The notes beneath the pieces were generated by a model, which saw nothing but the letters and a program-made list of their open reading frames with translations, was not told the origin of the DNA and did not search any database. Both the position numbers and the translations under genes were made by a program. A stretch of 63,914 nucleotides of DNA, counting the filler, from Octopus bimaculoides (Eukaryota): NCBI RefSeq assembly GCF_001194135.2. It is 4 parts of 4 records of this genome, joined end to end, with 100 filler letters (N's around TTAATTAATTAA, not from the genome) between each part and the next. Parts side by side here need not be neighbours in the genome. Positions count along the whole stretch, not along the records: positions 37,621 to 47,412 come from NC_068984.1; positions 47,513 to 63,914 come from NC_068988.1; 2 more parts are not named here. One strand, given 5' to 3'. This document shows, piece by piece, positions 37,621 through 52,360 of this stretch. The stretch's first letter is position 1, and every line of letters starts with the position of its first letter.

Positions 37621-37840
37621 TGACGCTTTCCTCTCCACGATACCAGACAAACCAATGGCTCGTAATGAGACGCAGTTTAGGGCAGCTGTGTCAAATTCTC
37701 TTATACACCAGATGTGCCATCAAAACTCTTGATTGGACCATGTCAGGTGGGGGAGACGAGCTATGCAAGGAACGTGAAAATCATGGTGGTGCACCAGCAT
37801 GACCGCAGCCACTTGGCTGAAACACATAAATAAATAAAAA
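37621..37840 (+). mobile_element. CR1/Jockey-group LINE 3' end
   Basis: DAFLSTIPDKP...RAAVSNSLIHQ...* C-terminus, then ggtggtgcaccagcatgaccgcagc...ctgaaac and an A-rich tail. Confidence 0.7.
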
Positions 37841-38359
37841 AAAAAATACACTTATTTATTCCTATATAAATATATATACACATTCACATATACTCCCTTC
37901 TGTTATAATTCCTGTGATTTTTTTTCCCCCTCTCACAAGTAACATAAACCATCTTCAAATACTATTTTCACAAGCTATTTCCTGTATCAATGGCCCACTT
38001 TACTACAATCTCTGACATCCCATCTTGTCCTGTCACTGTCCACTTCTGATATCTGACCTCTTACCATCCTCATTAACCATTCAGCATAAACAACTGCCTA
38101 GTCCAGCAGATTCTGTTGGCAGATCAGATTTCCTCAGTTATGTCTGCAACACCTTCGCGAGAGAGTTTTAATTATTATTGATCAAAATGTCCTTTTATAT
38201 GTAACCAGACAAGATGAACCGTGCTACATCAGGACAATAATGCTGTTGACAAGAAAAAAGAAAAAAAACAAACAACATAACACAGGCAAAGTTGATTCAT
38301 CTGTCTTGTTCCTCTCTCTATCTGCTCTAGTTTGTATAGACTATCTCTTATATATATAT

Positions 38360-38556
38360 CATCATCATCATCATCATCATCGTTTAACGTCCGCTTTCCA
38401 TGCTAGCATGGGTTGGACGATTTGACTGAGGACTGGTGAAACCGGATGGCAACACCAGGCTCCAATCTAATTTGACAGAGTTTCTACAGCTGGATGCCCT
38501 TCCTAACGCCAACCACTCAGAGAGTGTAGTGGGTGCTTTTACGTGTCACCCGCATA
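38360..38556 (-). mobile_element. RTE-associated 3' tail element with (GAT)n tail
   Basis: (cat)n gtttaacgtccgctttccatgctagcatggg...cagctggatgcccttcctaacgccaacc; homologues at 41640-41832 (+), 43015, 44095 and 45440. Confidence 0.75.
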
Positions 38557-38579
38557 TAATCATATATATATATACCAAA

Positions 38580-41110
38580 ATCATCATCAGCATCATCAAT
38601 GTCTGTCTTCTATGCTGGCATGAGTTGATGAGTTGGATTGTTTGACAGGAGTTGGAAAGCCAGAGGACTGCACCAAGCTCCACTGTTTTGACATGGTTTT
38701 TACAGCTGGATGTTCTTCTTCCTAATGTCGACCACTTAACAGAGTGGGGGGGGGGGCAGGGGAAAGGACTTAATGTTACATGTTGGTGGGACACACAGCA
38801 CTCCTACAACTTCATTTCACTGAAGTGGGCAGGTCTTCTCAGGAATCTATCACCAGATGTCTCAGTACAATGTCATCTCTTCCACAAGGTCCAACATCAT
38901 GAGATTGATCCTCACTACTTCATCCCATGTCTTCCTCTTCTACAGATGCCATCCACTTTCTTTATACAACTGTCTTCATTCATATGCATCACATGTCCAA
39001 ATCAACATAATCTTCTCTCTCTCTTGCATGCTGCATCTAATTCCTCTCCTGCCCAAAGTTTTCTCTCAGCACATTTGTACTTTGTCATACATGCACCCTG
39101 ATATTGCATATCCATTGGAGTATACTAGCTTCATTCCTCTCTAGTCTATGCAAGTTTTCAGCATTCAAAGCCCATGTCTCTCTACCACTGAGTACAACAA
39201 TTCGCATACAAACATCCTACAATCTGCCTTTCACTCTGATATAGAGGAAGTCCTTTTCTTGCCAAAAGAGGTAACAGCTCTCTGAACTTCCTCCATCCTA
39301 TTCTTATTCTGGCAACAAAACTTTCATAACATCCTCCATTGCTGCTAATTTGGCCACATAAGTAACAGAAATTATCTACAACCTCAAGAGAGCCTCCTGG
39401 GCATTTGAGAGAGTTCCCATGCGTTCTTAGCATTTATTTTTCCTGTGTGTCTGACACATATGAAGGCAACGTTTTCTGTTAACCTACCTGTGATTCCACT
39501 GCATCTCTTGCATGTCCATGACTATCTCACAATGAAGATAGCACCTGTGGTATTCTTCCCAGGTACAAAACCAAACTACATCTCATCTAATTTAATTCTA
39601 TTCCTAATCAAGGGAGCTACAATTCTCTCTGTAATTTTTTAAGATGTGGTTAAGCAGTCTGATACCTCTGTAGTTGCTTCTATTTAAGGCATCACCTTTA
39701 TACTTACAGCAGCTTACTATAACACTATTGCACCAGTCATTGGAGATGATACATTTCTGATTAACTGTATGAGTCACTAGGCTGTATCCTACTTTGCCAG
39801 ATATTTTAAGCATCTCAGCAGTGATTCCTGATGGTCCAGGAGCTTTCCCTGTCTGTCTTCATATCCTTAATTGCCTTATCTATCATACTGCTGTCAACTG
39901 TGACATTTGGTCCCTCACTTGGTTCTATATTTGAAAGACTCTACTTCTCTCATGCATTCTCCGCATGTAGCAACCTTTCATAGTGGCACTTCCATGCATA
40001 TTTCTTCTCACCCATCATATTTCTATTCTCTTGGATACACAACTTTGCAATCCTGAACACCTCACACCTCTGATCCTCAAACTGTAGAACATCTCTTGCT
40101 TTCTGCTTTTCCTTTTGCTATGTAAACTTGTTGCCTAGCTGCCCTTCTGGTTACCTGATATACTTCTCTGCTTCCACTGTTTTCCCAGTCTTTCCAGACC
40201 TGTCTCTCTGCTTTAACAGGACTGTCGACCTCCTTCTTCTGCAACAATTTCACCAACAGCCTGGTTAGGACTACGCACCAGCAACAAATTTGATCTGGAG
40301 CCCTAAAAAAGTTATCCTGCATGAACTTCCAATTATTCTCTAAGCTATGTGTCCCCAACTCCTCCTCTTTTTGTCAGAAGCTTCCATTAAAATATCTCTA
40401 AATTCATGTCGGTTTGCTGGGTCCTTGAGTTTCCATAACCTTCTTTTCTAGACTGGTTTATTGCTCTGAGTCCTTCTAGCTCTAACTCTGAAGTCACTAT
40501 TTGGTAATCTATGTTGGTTTGCACATTCCTCACCTGGAGAAACTTTGCATTTGTGAGAATCTCGTTGCCTAGTGAAGGTGTAATCAATCTAGTTTATGTA
40601 CCCACCAGGCCAATAGGTGATCAGGTGACTGGCTGGTTTCTTGAAGTTAGTGTTGCAGATCAGGAGATCATTTGCATCACTGAACTCCAACAGCCTTGTT
40701 CTATCCTATTTCTAAAGCCAAAACTGTAACCTTCATGCGCACCATGGAATTCATGGGAGAGCTGCTCAACATGTCCATTGAAGTCTCCAGCCACAATAAC
40801 CAAGTCTCTGTCATTTGTCATTGAGGTAGCCTGCAGAGGACCTCATAAAATCTGTCCTACTCATCATCAGCCAGCTCAGACTGTGAAGCATAGGCAGAAA
40901 TCAATATAACTGTTAATTTATCTAAACTTATTCTCAGTGTAACAACCCTGACTACTTCCAATATGCCTACACCACCCACCCTATCACTCCTGCCTACCCA
41001 GAAGAATTCAAACCTCTGTTTCTTACCCATGAGGAATCTAGAGGAGGCTCTCCTATATCTTACTCTCTGCACACCACATATACTGTCACCCCAACATTTC
41101 ATGCATCTCA
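38580..41110 (-). mobile_element. RTE-clade LINE, decayed (APE, partial RT, 3' UTR)
   Basis: APE: FFWVG..DRVGGVGIL, VILISAYASQ; RT: KGDALNRSNYRGIRLL, RIRIGWRKFRELLPLL; many stops; much of the RT core appears missing. Confidence 0.85.
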
Positions 41111-41379
41111 CCAGCCATTCCTTTCATTGTGCCAGCATTGATGGTGGGAGCCTTGAAATTGTGGACAAGGGAAGAACGGTGGGGTGACAGTCATTGGGTA
41201 ACTTTTGTCGACACCAAAAAAGAAAATTTGCTCAAACACTTGCCACCTGGCTGAGGGCTTTGGTACATAGTTTATTCAATGAATTAGCTTCCTCAGTCTT
41301 GTACAAAGATGGACACTGTAGAATCTATGAGAATCTACTGTAGTGCCCTCATTATTATTCAGATGTAATAAAAGAATTA

Positions 41380-41798
41380 GACCTTTGGCAATATGCTGTG
41401 CTTGAGAAGACCTGTCAAGCAAAGTGAAATCATATTCATGGCCAATACCTGTCATGAAACCGGCACTTCTGCTGGTGGTATGTAAAATGCACCCTTCGAA
41501 CTTTGGTCTTCACGGAGGCTGTGACAAATGACCAAGAGCTTTAGCAATATATCCTGCTCGGGAAGACCTGTCAAACCAAGCGAGATCATAGTGATGGCTG
41601 ATGCTGGTGTCTTGTAACTGGCCCCTGTGCTGGTGGCACGTAAAAGACACCCACTACACTCTTGGAGTGATTGGCATTAAAAAGGGCATCCAGCTGTAGA
41701 AACCCTGCCAAACCAGACTGGAACCTGGTGCAGCTCCCCAGCTTACCAGTTTTCAGTCAAACCATTCAACCATTGCCAGCATGGAAAACAGATGTCAA

Positions 41799-41830
<32 letters not shown>

Positions 41831-41832
41831 CA
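41380..41832 (+). mobile_element. RTE-type 3' UTR subrepeats plus tail
   Basis: Two copies of ctttggcaata..ctg.(gc)ttgagaagacctgtcaa, then ggcatccagctgtagaaac...cagcatggaaa...(gat)n. Confidence 0.7.
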
Positions 41833-42249
41833 TGGTGGTGGTGGTGGCTATTTGGATCATATACTTACAAATTTAGTAATTATATACATTTATACAAAAT
41901 GAGTGATCTTTAGCTAGATATGACCTGAACAAGATGGTGATGAAGGAGAGGAAATGTAAAAAGTATTGACAGAGTCTCATTTTACAGTAAAACAGAGAGT
42001 ACGCTTCTGGTCAAACGAATGATATTAAGGAAGTTACAGCTTTATATACAGACAGATGCTATTTTTAGAATCATTTAACAATGATGATGATGTTAATATA
42101 TGCTTCTAATAGTATAAATAATAATTAAATATTAATAATTCTTTCAAGTCTGTATAATAATGAGGGCACTACAAAAGATTCTTATAGATCTAGTAATTAT
42201 ATATTTATATATATATATATATATATAAACACACACACATATATAGTTA

Positions 42250-42420
42250 AAATTTGTACAAAAAAACAAAAAAAATAAACAAAGAGAGGCAGTTGAGGAA
42301 ACAACAAGACGATATATTAAGTCTGATGCTCAGGAAAAATGGAAGAGCCTTTGACATTTTGAGCCTTAGCTCTTCAACAGAAAAGAATTAACAAAGAATA
42401 CACATGAAGAAAGGAAAAAA
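42250..42420 (-). mobile_element. Second copy of the HHR-like short repeat
   Basis: Reverse complement ttttctgttgaagagctaaggctcaaaatgtcaaagg; body homologous to 11990-12147. Confidence 0.6.
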
Positions 42421-43014
42421 CAAAAGGAGAGAGAAAAATTAAAACATGTCTGGATTTAATGGTTGAAGTAATCTTCAGACCTGAAGATTGCTTCGAGACA
42501 CAAGGCACATTATGAAGACTGACCTAACCACATGTCTTAATAACAAGAAACTATTAGTAGCTCTTATTCTAATATGCTGTACATTGGTGGATGGAGCACT
42601 TTTCTTATTGCTCTTACCTCAACAGTGAACTATGCACACACACACACACACAACAAAGACAATCACAAATTTCATCCCACTTGGCCTTTTTCTATCTCTT
42701 AGATTCTCATACATAAACTCTCATCTCTTTTTCTCTAACACAAATAACACACACACACACACACACACATAACTTATACAAATTAATGTATGCAGTATTA
42801 ATCAACAGAAACATTCAAATAAGTACTAATCACCTCAGTCACTGATAAAAACCTCATCCAATCACCAATACGTGTCCATGTACTGAATAACTGCAGCATT
42901 GTACTAACTTTCAGTGCTATTGTAGTAGTAGTAGCAGCAGCAGTAGCAGTATTTACAAAACCTCCTATATATTAAACAATACTTTATCTTAAATAATATA
43001 TCAGTATAGTATAT

Positions 43015-43830
43015 CATCATCATCATCATCATTTAACGTCTATTGTCCATGCTTGCATGGGTTGGACAGTTTGACCAGGGCTGGGAAGCTGCACTAGAAT
43101 CCAGTCTGTTTTGGTGTGGTTTCTACGGCTGGATGCCCTTCCTAACACCAACCACTCCAGGAATGTAATGGATGCTTTTACATGCCACCGTCATGAGTGC
43201 TGTTTGCATGACAGCAGTATCTGCCATGACTGTCGTTTTACTTGGCTTGATGGGTCTTCTTCTCAAGCACAGCATAATGCCAAATGGACTCAGTCATTGC
43301 CTCTGTGAGGCCCAATGCTTGATGCACAGCATAATGCCAAATGGTCTTGGCACTCGTCTCCGTGAGGCCCAACACTCGAGAGGTCCTTTTATGGGCCACC
43401 AAAATGTGCTTTTACATGCCACTGACATAGGTGCCTTTTGCATGACACCAGTATCTGCCACAACTGCGATCTTACTTGGCTGGTTGGGTCTTCTTCTCAA
43501 GCACAACTTAATGCCAAAGATCTCAGTCATTGTCTCTGTGAGGCCCAACATTCGAAAATAGCTCAAACATTTTGCTTCTGTGAGGCTCAATGCCAGAAAG
43601 GCACTTTTTATGGGCCACCTGCACAGGTGCCGGTTATGTGACATCAGCATCAGCCATGACCGCAACTTCACTTGGCTTGACAGGTCTTCTCAAGAACAGC
43701 ATATCACCAAAGTTCTGTCATTCATCATCCCATGTCTTCTTGGGTCTACCTCTACCACAGGTACCCTACAAAGTTAGAGATCAGCATTTATTTACACTGC
43801 TGTCATTATCCCTACACATCACATGACCAT
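43015..43830 (-). mobile_element. RTE-type 3' end with tandem subrepeats
   Basis: (cat)n tail at 43015; several recurrences of ttacttggct...gggtcttct.ctcaagcaca and ctgtgaggcccaa; RTE coding relic at about 43720-43830. Confidence 0.75.
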
Positions 43831-44061
43831 ACCAGTGCATACTCACATGGCATTGGTCAGCCTGGGGCTAGGGCAGAAGACACCAAGTCAAGATGCTACA
43901 CAATGAGGCTGAACCTGGTAGCATTTGGTTGGGAAGCAAGCTTCTTACCACCCAGCCACATCTGCACCTACAAGAGTTTGGAATCGTATACAAAGAGAAA
44001 TGACCCTATTCACAGCTTGTGAATTACAGAAATGTGCATACACACACATGCAGGCATAATG

Positions 44062-44097
<36 letters not shown>

Positions 44098-44299
44098 CAT
44101 CATTATGATCACTGTTTCAATGTCCACTTCCATGTCCCAATGGATTGGACAGAATTTGTTGAGACAGATTGTCTACAGGCAGATACCCTTCCTGTCACCA
44201 ACTCACTAGTTTCCAGGTAAGGTAATATTTTGTTATGGACCAGACACGACTTCAGAGAAAACAAGGAAGTGGTCACATGCAAGTACACACACACATACA

Positions 44300-44460
44300 A
44301 ATATTATGGACTTTCTTCTGTTTCTGTCTACCAAATTCACTCACAAGGCTTTAATTGGCTTCGGGCTATAGTAGAAGACACTAGCCCAAGGTGCCACCCA
44401 GTGGGACTGAACCCAGAACCATGTGATTTAGAAGCAAACTTCTTAACCACACAGTTACAA
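44300..44460 (-). mobile_element. SINE family C head
   Basis: ttcttctgtttctgtctaccaaattcactcacaaggcttt...gtagaagacact..cccaaggtgccac..agtgggactgaaccc. Confidence 0.75.
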
Positions 44461-45402
44461 TGCAAACATATGTTTCAGTAAATACACATTATTTGGTAAT
44501 GAAATGAAAAAACAAAGACATAAAATATAATTTTGGTTTTAAATTTGGCTGAAAATATGTATATAACATCCTATACACCATATTGTCAGCAATGGTACCT
44601 CTCTACATGAACAGAGAGTTAAATGGCTAAATTGATTAAGTCGTAGTGCCTAGCTTATGCTTATGCAATTGAATGCATTATAGTTAATTAGTAATTGATT
44701 GTCTACTAATACATATGTAAGACTGGATTTGCATAAATAGATTTAATCTCTTCCTGCTACTGTAGCTGCTACTACATCACCAACAACAACAACTACTACT
44801 ACTACAGCTGCCACTACCACCAACACTACCACCATACACTTATACTACTACTGCTGCTGCTGTTGTTGTTGTTGTTGCACAGTGGCAACATCAATATATG
44901 ACAACTATTGGGGTACGAATTAGAAAACAATGCAATGAGAATTGTCAATATTATTTTCTTACCAAACACATCAATCAATGTATCATATATACACCAGCAC
45001 TAACATATTGTTTTGAAAATATTAGTGACACATGCTTTTTCATATTGGGAAATGTGTGTATGTGTGTGTGTGTGTGAGTATATATATATATATATATATA
45101 TATATNNNNNNNNNNNNNNNNNNNNNNNNNNNNNNNNNNNNNNNNNNNNNNNNNNNNNNNNNNNNNNNNNNNNNNNNNNNNNNNNNNNNNNNNNNNNNNN
45201 NNNNNNNNNNNNNNNNNNNNNNNNNNNNNNNNNNNNNNNNNNNNNNNNNNNNNNNNNNNNNNNNNNNNNNNNNNNNNNNNNNNNNNNNNNNNNNNNNNNN
45301 NNNNNNNNNNNNNNNNNNNNNNNNNNNNNNNNNNNNNNNNNNNNNNNNNNNNNNNNNNNNNNNNNNNNNNNNNNNNNNNNNNNNNNNNNNNNNNNNNNNN
45401 NN

Positions 45403-45435
<33 letters not shown>

Positions 45436-45669
45436 TTATTCCAATCTATCATCTTTCATTGTCATTTAAGTCTGCTTTCCGTGCTGGCATGGGCTGGATG
45501 GTTTGACATGGTGCTGGCTGCTTCTTACATACCACTGGCATGGGTGCATTTATGCAGCACCAGCACAGGTGTGTTTCTAAGTGGCACCAGCACCTGCAAA
45601 TGACAAACCTGTATGTGTGGAAGACAGTGATTTCACTTAGCTTCTTGTGTCTTATCGAGTACAGCAAAT

Positions 45670-46475
45670 TGTCACATCTCTCCCCGGTAACAGAAGCTCT
45701 CTACTACTTCTAATGATTCCCCTGAGCATTTGAGGAAACCTATTGTCTGAGCATTTCTAATGCTTATTGTACTTGCACATTTGCCACACACAAAGACTCG
45801 TATATTCGCTGTTAACCTTCCTGTGATACTGCTGCACCTCTTATGTTTCTAAAGCTTGCACTGGGTACAACATATGGTGTTTCTATCAACACCCTCCTTA
45901 CATATCGATCAGGGCCATCTCTCTGAAGGGACTTGTGGTTTGTCTGTTTTCCTACTTACTAGGACTTTGGTCTTTGCTAAATGAACTCTAAGGACCTTAG
46001 ATTCCAGACCTTGCTTCCATACCTGAAATTTCTTCTCCAGGTCAGGCAGTGATTCAACTATTAGAACAAGGTCATTAGTGTAGAGGAGTTCCTAGAGACA
46101 GTCAGCTTTTAATTTCTCTGTTATGGCCTGGAGGACTAAGATAAACAAGAGGGGACTGAGAATCGAGCCTTGGTGAACTCCTACCTGTACATTGAATTCA
46201 TTGCTATACCTGTTGCCAACCTTCACCTCCATGTCGACAAAGGCCAGATACTGAGGTTTATTTTTAGCTAAATACATCTCCTGCAGTTGCCTAACCAGGA
46301 ATATAGCATCAGTCATGCTCCTACCAGGCACAAATCCAAACTGCATCGTATCCACACTAACTCTCTTCCTAATTAATTGAACTATGACCCTTTCTGTGAC
46401 TTTCTTCACCTGGTCCAGCAATTTGATGCCTCTGTAATTATTTCTGCTTAAGGCATCACCTTTGCCTTTGTAGCA
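45670..46475 (-). mobile_element. RTE-clade LINE RT fragment
   Basis: KGDALSRNNYRGIKLLDQ...MQFGFVPGRSMTDAIFLVRQLQE...GVHQGSILSPLLFILVL; segment missing after FVDME. Confidence 0.9.
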
Positions 46476-46717
46476 GAGATTCATGTTTACATAAGGACAC
46501 AGGGAATGTGTCAAGGCTGACAGGAAGCGGTGCTGCTTCCTGGGGCTAAATAGCAGTAGTATTATTTCCTTCATGGGACTGTCACATTAAGTTGACAGCA
46601 TACAACTACTTTGAGATAAAAAAAAGTCGTCAGAATTTTTGGAAACAAATCCTTTTATTTCTTCATTATTATTAGCGCTTTTGTTCCTTTCTAGAGCTTG
46701 TCAAACTTTTTTCTCAG

Positions 46718-46753
<36 letters not shown>

Positions 46754-46769
46754 ATCTTCAAGAAAAAGT

Positions 46770-46980
46770 AAAAATAAATGTGTGTGTATCTGTGTTTGTA
46801 CCCCCACCATTGCTTGACGAGCAATGTTGCTGTGGTTACATCCCCGTAATGTAGTGGTTCAGCCAAAGAGACCGATAGAATAAGTACTAGGCTTACAAAG
46901 AATAAATTTTGGGATTGATTTGTTTGACTAAATGTAGTGCTCTAGCATGGCCGCAGTCACATTACTGAAACAAGTAAAAC
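46770..46980 (+). mobile_element. SINE family C, 3' body
   Basis: agagaccgatagaataagtactaggcttacaaagaataa...tagcatggccgcagtcac...ctgaaacaagtaaaa. Confidence 0.8.
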
Positions 46981-47039
46981 AATCAAAACTATGCCATTTT
47001 AATCCTGAGCAATGTCTGGTATCTCTGCTAGCATATATC

Positions 47040-47412
47040 ACTGCACAGATATCACACCCATATTCCTACTGAATATCCGGGGCCTATTACGAACAGGCGG
47101 CAAAGACAAGTTCCTATACTTGAAAGACCTAGTAACATGCAATCAAGCAATATGCATGGTGCTTACCGAAACGCATCTAACACCTAATATAGCAGATGCG
47201 GAGATAAATATACCAGAGTATGCCGTACTCCGAACAGACAGAAGGGATAGAAGTCATGGGGGAGTTGCAATGTACATCCGAGAAGATGTCACACCTCTAC
47301 TACTACTATCACACTCAAACTCTGTATGTGATACTTTAATAGTACACATAAAACAAATTGATGTAGTTGTATGCTCAACATACCATCCACCAAATACCGC
47401 AAAGCAGGAAGG
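47040..47412 (+). mobile_element. LINE apurinic-like endonuclease (APE) fragment, CR1/Jockey group
   Basis: LLNIRGL...LTETHL...RTDR.DRSHGGVAMYIRED...STYHPP; cut by a gap. Confidence 0.85.
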
Positions 47413-47512
47413 NNNNNNNNNNNNNNNNNNNNNNNNNNNNNNNNNNNNNNNNNNNNTTAATTAATTAANNNNNNNNNNNNNNNNNNNNNNNNNNNNNNNN
47501 NNNNNNNNNNNN

Positions 47513-47568
<56 letters not shown>

Positions 47569-50500
47569 TACAGAAATTTTCATCTGTAATATCTGGAAGT
47601 ACTAAATTATGTCAGGCAGAAACATCTCTAATAAAAGTAAATGAAAGGAAATAAAAAAAGGAACATAGAATCAAAACGTTTACAAAATGCAAATAATGTA
47701 TCATTCACACAACGAGGACGAAGAATGACTGCAATAACTACCACCTAGTCAACCATCTACAAAGTTATAACGAAAATGAAACGTAAATATACATTGGTAA
47801 TGAATATGTATGAATTCACAGAAACACGTTCAAATTTTAAAAAAAATATGAAAGTTAGAGTTATTCTCAATATAGAATAGCGATTTAATAGAGGCGAATA
47901 AGGAGCAATAATATTGGCAAGACAAGCAATGACACAGTATGTTGCACGCAGTAATTTATAAATGCTAGCATTGTATGCAAAGCAAATTGCAATCTGTCTG
48001 AGCAGCGTAATGCTATTTCAATATAAGAGACGATACGGGACAGGAGCGTGACTGCAAGTTAGAGATGATTTGAATAAAAATTTCTAAGAGTATATCACGC
48101 ACACGTTTAATAAGTAGCTTTTCATAGTTACCAAAAAGGAAAATAAGAGATAGGTATATAGATATATGTATGTGCCGTTGTCCAGTTTTATTTCAAGTGT
48201 TCTTGCCAATACAGAAAGAGTTGGTTTCTAACCTAGATTCAAGGCTCCTTCATTGGAGTTTCATCATCAACAAAAGGGTATTTTTGCTTGTATGTATATG
48301 TCTCCAGATTTGTATCTTCTGCTTTATGCATGTACGCATCTACGTATGTAATTTTTGTGTGATCTTCATTCTGTGCACTCGTATACATACTTGCATTCAT
48401 ATATATATATGAAGCTTTGAAGGACTTTAGACGCTAGCACATATTTTGTAAGCCCAGTACTTATTTTATCAATCTCTTTTGCTGAACCTCTAGATAGAAG
48501 GGTAGATATATTTATGTGTGCTATACAGCTGCGCCTTTCTCAAATATCGCCGATCTATACTTTTGCCTTGCGGCGCTCTGGGGCTGGTAGAATATATGCT
48601 GGACTTTACGTCAGCCTATTCGATACATTCGAACTATAACAACAATAGTTAGCTAGCTTGTAATATTCTACTCCATAATTGATACTTCTTTGATTATTTC
48701 GTTTCACAGAAGATATGATTCCTTTCTCTGTGAAACCCACATTTTACTGCATTTCACAGCAACACAGTATTGAGAAAACTTTTGTTTTCTCCACCAAACA
48801 ATATACACCTACATTTACACTATTATGCTCTTTTCTTTTAGAAAAATAAACATTTTCGATGATTGTTTTCCGGTATATACAAAACACGACTGAGGTGTTA
48901 GATATTTACTTATGAAATTCTATACGCCTTCCTTCGGCACGAATATTTTCTCAAAGCGCTGATAGAAATTATTGCATGCTTTGTTATAGTATCTACTATC
49001 AACACACAATAATCTAGAAAAGACATTGCAAGGCATTCTAATCGACAATGTTAATAGTCCGCCAATTCAATGTCCTGATGCCCATATCGTCAAAAATTCC
49101 TGTTTACATTCTTTGTAACCTTCATTATCGCTATGATATTACTCCTAGGACACTTATTTCTCCCACAATAAAGAAAAAAATCTGGATGGACACACATTGT
49201 TCAAATAGTTCCTTGTTACAAAATGAAAAATAAAATTCGTTCTACCAAAATAATTCTATTGGATAAACAATGATGTGTGAGCATGATGAGTGCAATGTTT
49301 TAAACCAAACACAACAAACAGCAAACCTCTTGTCGACAACAGAAAAGTCTTTGCGATAGCCTATGTTACTGAATTTCGCTTTTAATATAATTTTCCATTT
49401 CGCGGCATAAAGTTTTACTACCTTCCTCTACAGGAATATTCATCTATACAAGTAAAAACTAAATAACGAGCCGGATAGATTTCTCTATTATCATATTCCA
49501 ATGTTACCATTATTATGAAGAAGAAAGCTCAAGGATAAATCTACAACATAAATAATAAATTAAGATGCATTCTCCATGACATGACATTAACCATAGTTAT
49601 AATGATACCCAGCCATATATTTCAGTTTACTTCTCTTCTGTGAACATTTGTTGCTTTTTGATATTTAATCAAATATCAAACTGACAGAGCAGACATCTGA
49701 TGAAAAAGCATTAATTCATATATGGATTGTTGTTTTTATTCACTCAGTTAACGTCTATGCAAGGAGCATTTCAGAGTCATTTGCAGTGCAGTGTCTCATA
49801 AGCATCTGACGTTAACGATTTCGTCGGCTAGTTAGAGCGTCGAAAATAAACCTTGTGATATTTTACAAATATCTGCAGTCTCTTTCATTTTCTACACATG
49901 CCAGTATAGCATTACAGCATTTCAGGATCTCACTCTCAAAAAATACGATAGCATGTAACCTAAAGCCTTGTAAATAACATTGTAGAGATGGCAAGTTCGT
50001 AAATTCATAGCAGAGCTATTTCTTTTCACTCTTTATCATCGAAAATTAATCATTAAATTTCATTCTTTCGTGGTCGGTCAACTAGAAATAATCCAGCACG
50101 TTGAACTTGCAGGATAGTAATATTGTAGGGTGTAATGTATAGCTTATTCTCTTTTGATGGTATCCACTACGACGAAGTATGCAGTTATTTGAATCAGCAC
50201 TATGAGTAAATATTAGTGTCGAAGGTCGTGTAGAATTTCATGAGTAGATACCTATCAATTTTTCATAAAAAATACTTTATCAGCTTTGTACACTTGCAGG
50301 TACATCTTCAACACTGAACCTGAATGATGGCCGTCCTTGATTTATATCAAGTAGACAAGGAAAATAGTTTGTATTTTCGTAGCAAGATTCATATAAAGCC
50401 ATGGAGTATTACAAATAGATTAAAAGAGATCAGTTATTGACCTGAATGTCTAATGAACGAAAGGGAAAATATGTATATCCTATCAAATCAATTTTCAAAA

Positions 50501-50959
50501 TTATAACGCGTGTATTTATGTCATTATAGACGTAACCAATCAAGGTTTTGCCGTTACTGAAAAAAAACAAAAAAAAAACATCGCATATGTGTTTTTACCA
50601 TTGAGCTTCGTAAACAATAAAATGTTATGCTGAAAGAAATGATTATATTTCTGAGAAAACTATTTCCAACATTGGCAGAAATTTTGTTAAAAAAAAATAA
50701 AATGAAATAAACAGACATTGCGAAAATAAAAGAAATTAATGATATACGAACAATTCAAAACAATTTATGAAATAATAAAATAAATATAATGAATAAACGA
50801 AGTGATCAAACATATATTTTTTTCATTATTTTCAATTAAATTGAAATGGAAAATTTAAACTCTAAATATTCTTAGATGAAAACATAAAAAAATGGAAAGG
50901 AAACAATTATTATGATAAGAAACAAGTAACAGCGTCTGAAATATCAACAAGTATATAAA

Positions 50960-51770
<811 letters not shown>

Positions 51771-51822
51771 CATATTCTCAAAGGACTGATATAATCGATG
51801 AGTTTGTTGAATATTGAGTAAC

Positions 51823-51910
51823 CTAAAAAGCAATTGATTTACGAGCATCAGGTGGCGGGAGCGATGGGGTTGCAGATGGAGAAGAGACGGCACTGTTGTA
51901 ATTCACAAAA
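51823..51910 (-). CDS. Gene B exon 4 (FVNYNSAVSSPSATPSLPPPDARKSIAF*), probable last coding exon
   Basis: Acceptor tttgttttgttattcacag|; the phase-2 frame is open to TAG at 51825-51823; an alternative internal donor C|gtaaat lies at 51842. Confidence 0.6.
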
Positions 51911-52298
51911 CTGTGAATAACAAAACAAAAATAAGGCTTGACACTGTAATTTATGGAATGTGTTAAAATACTTGAAGGTAGGATGACTTCCACCATGATG
52001 GGGGGAAGTTAATCAACTTCATTGAAGACTTGATATTATTACAAAACTAAAAGTACAAAAAATCGATTAAAAATTGATTAAAAATAAATATTTCTAGAAA
52101 ATTTATTAAATTCAATACCCTGCATATTCATTTTATAATTAAATGTGACTTCATGAATATTCCACTGGTATTTAAAACCGACGTTACTTTATTTTATTTC
52201 AAATTAATATTAGCATTATTATTTTCATTATCAACAGAACTACTATCCGTAATGTTCTTCTTCTTATTATCATTGTCATACATCATCAGATATTTGTT

Positions 52299-52360
<62 letters not shown>

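Noticed and set aside
48540-50900. Several acceptor-like sites on the minus strand (50935, 50628, 50557, 49530) as further gene B exons
   Set aside because: Short or stop-containing in the required phase; the sequence alone cannot choose among them.
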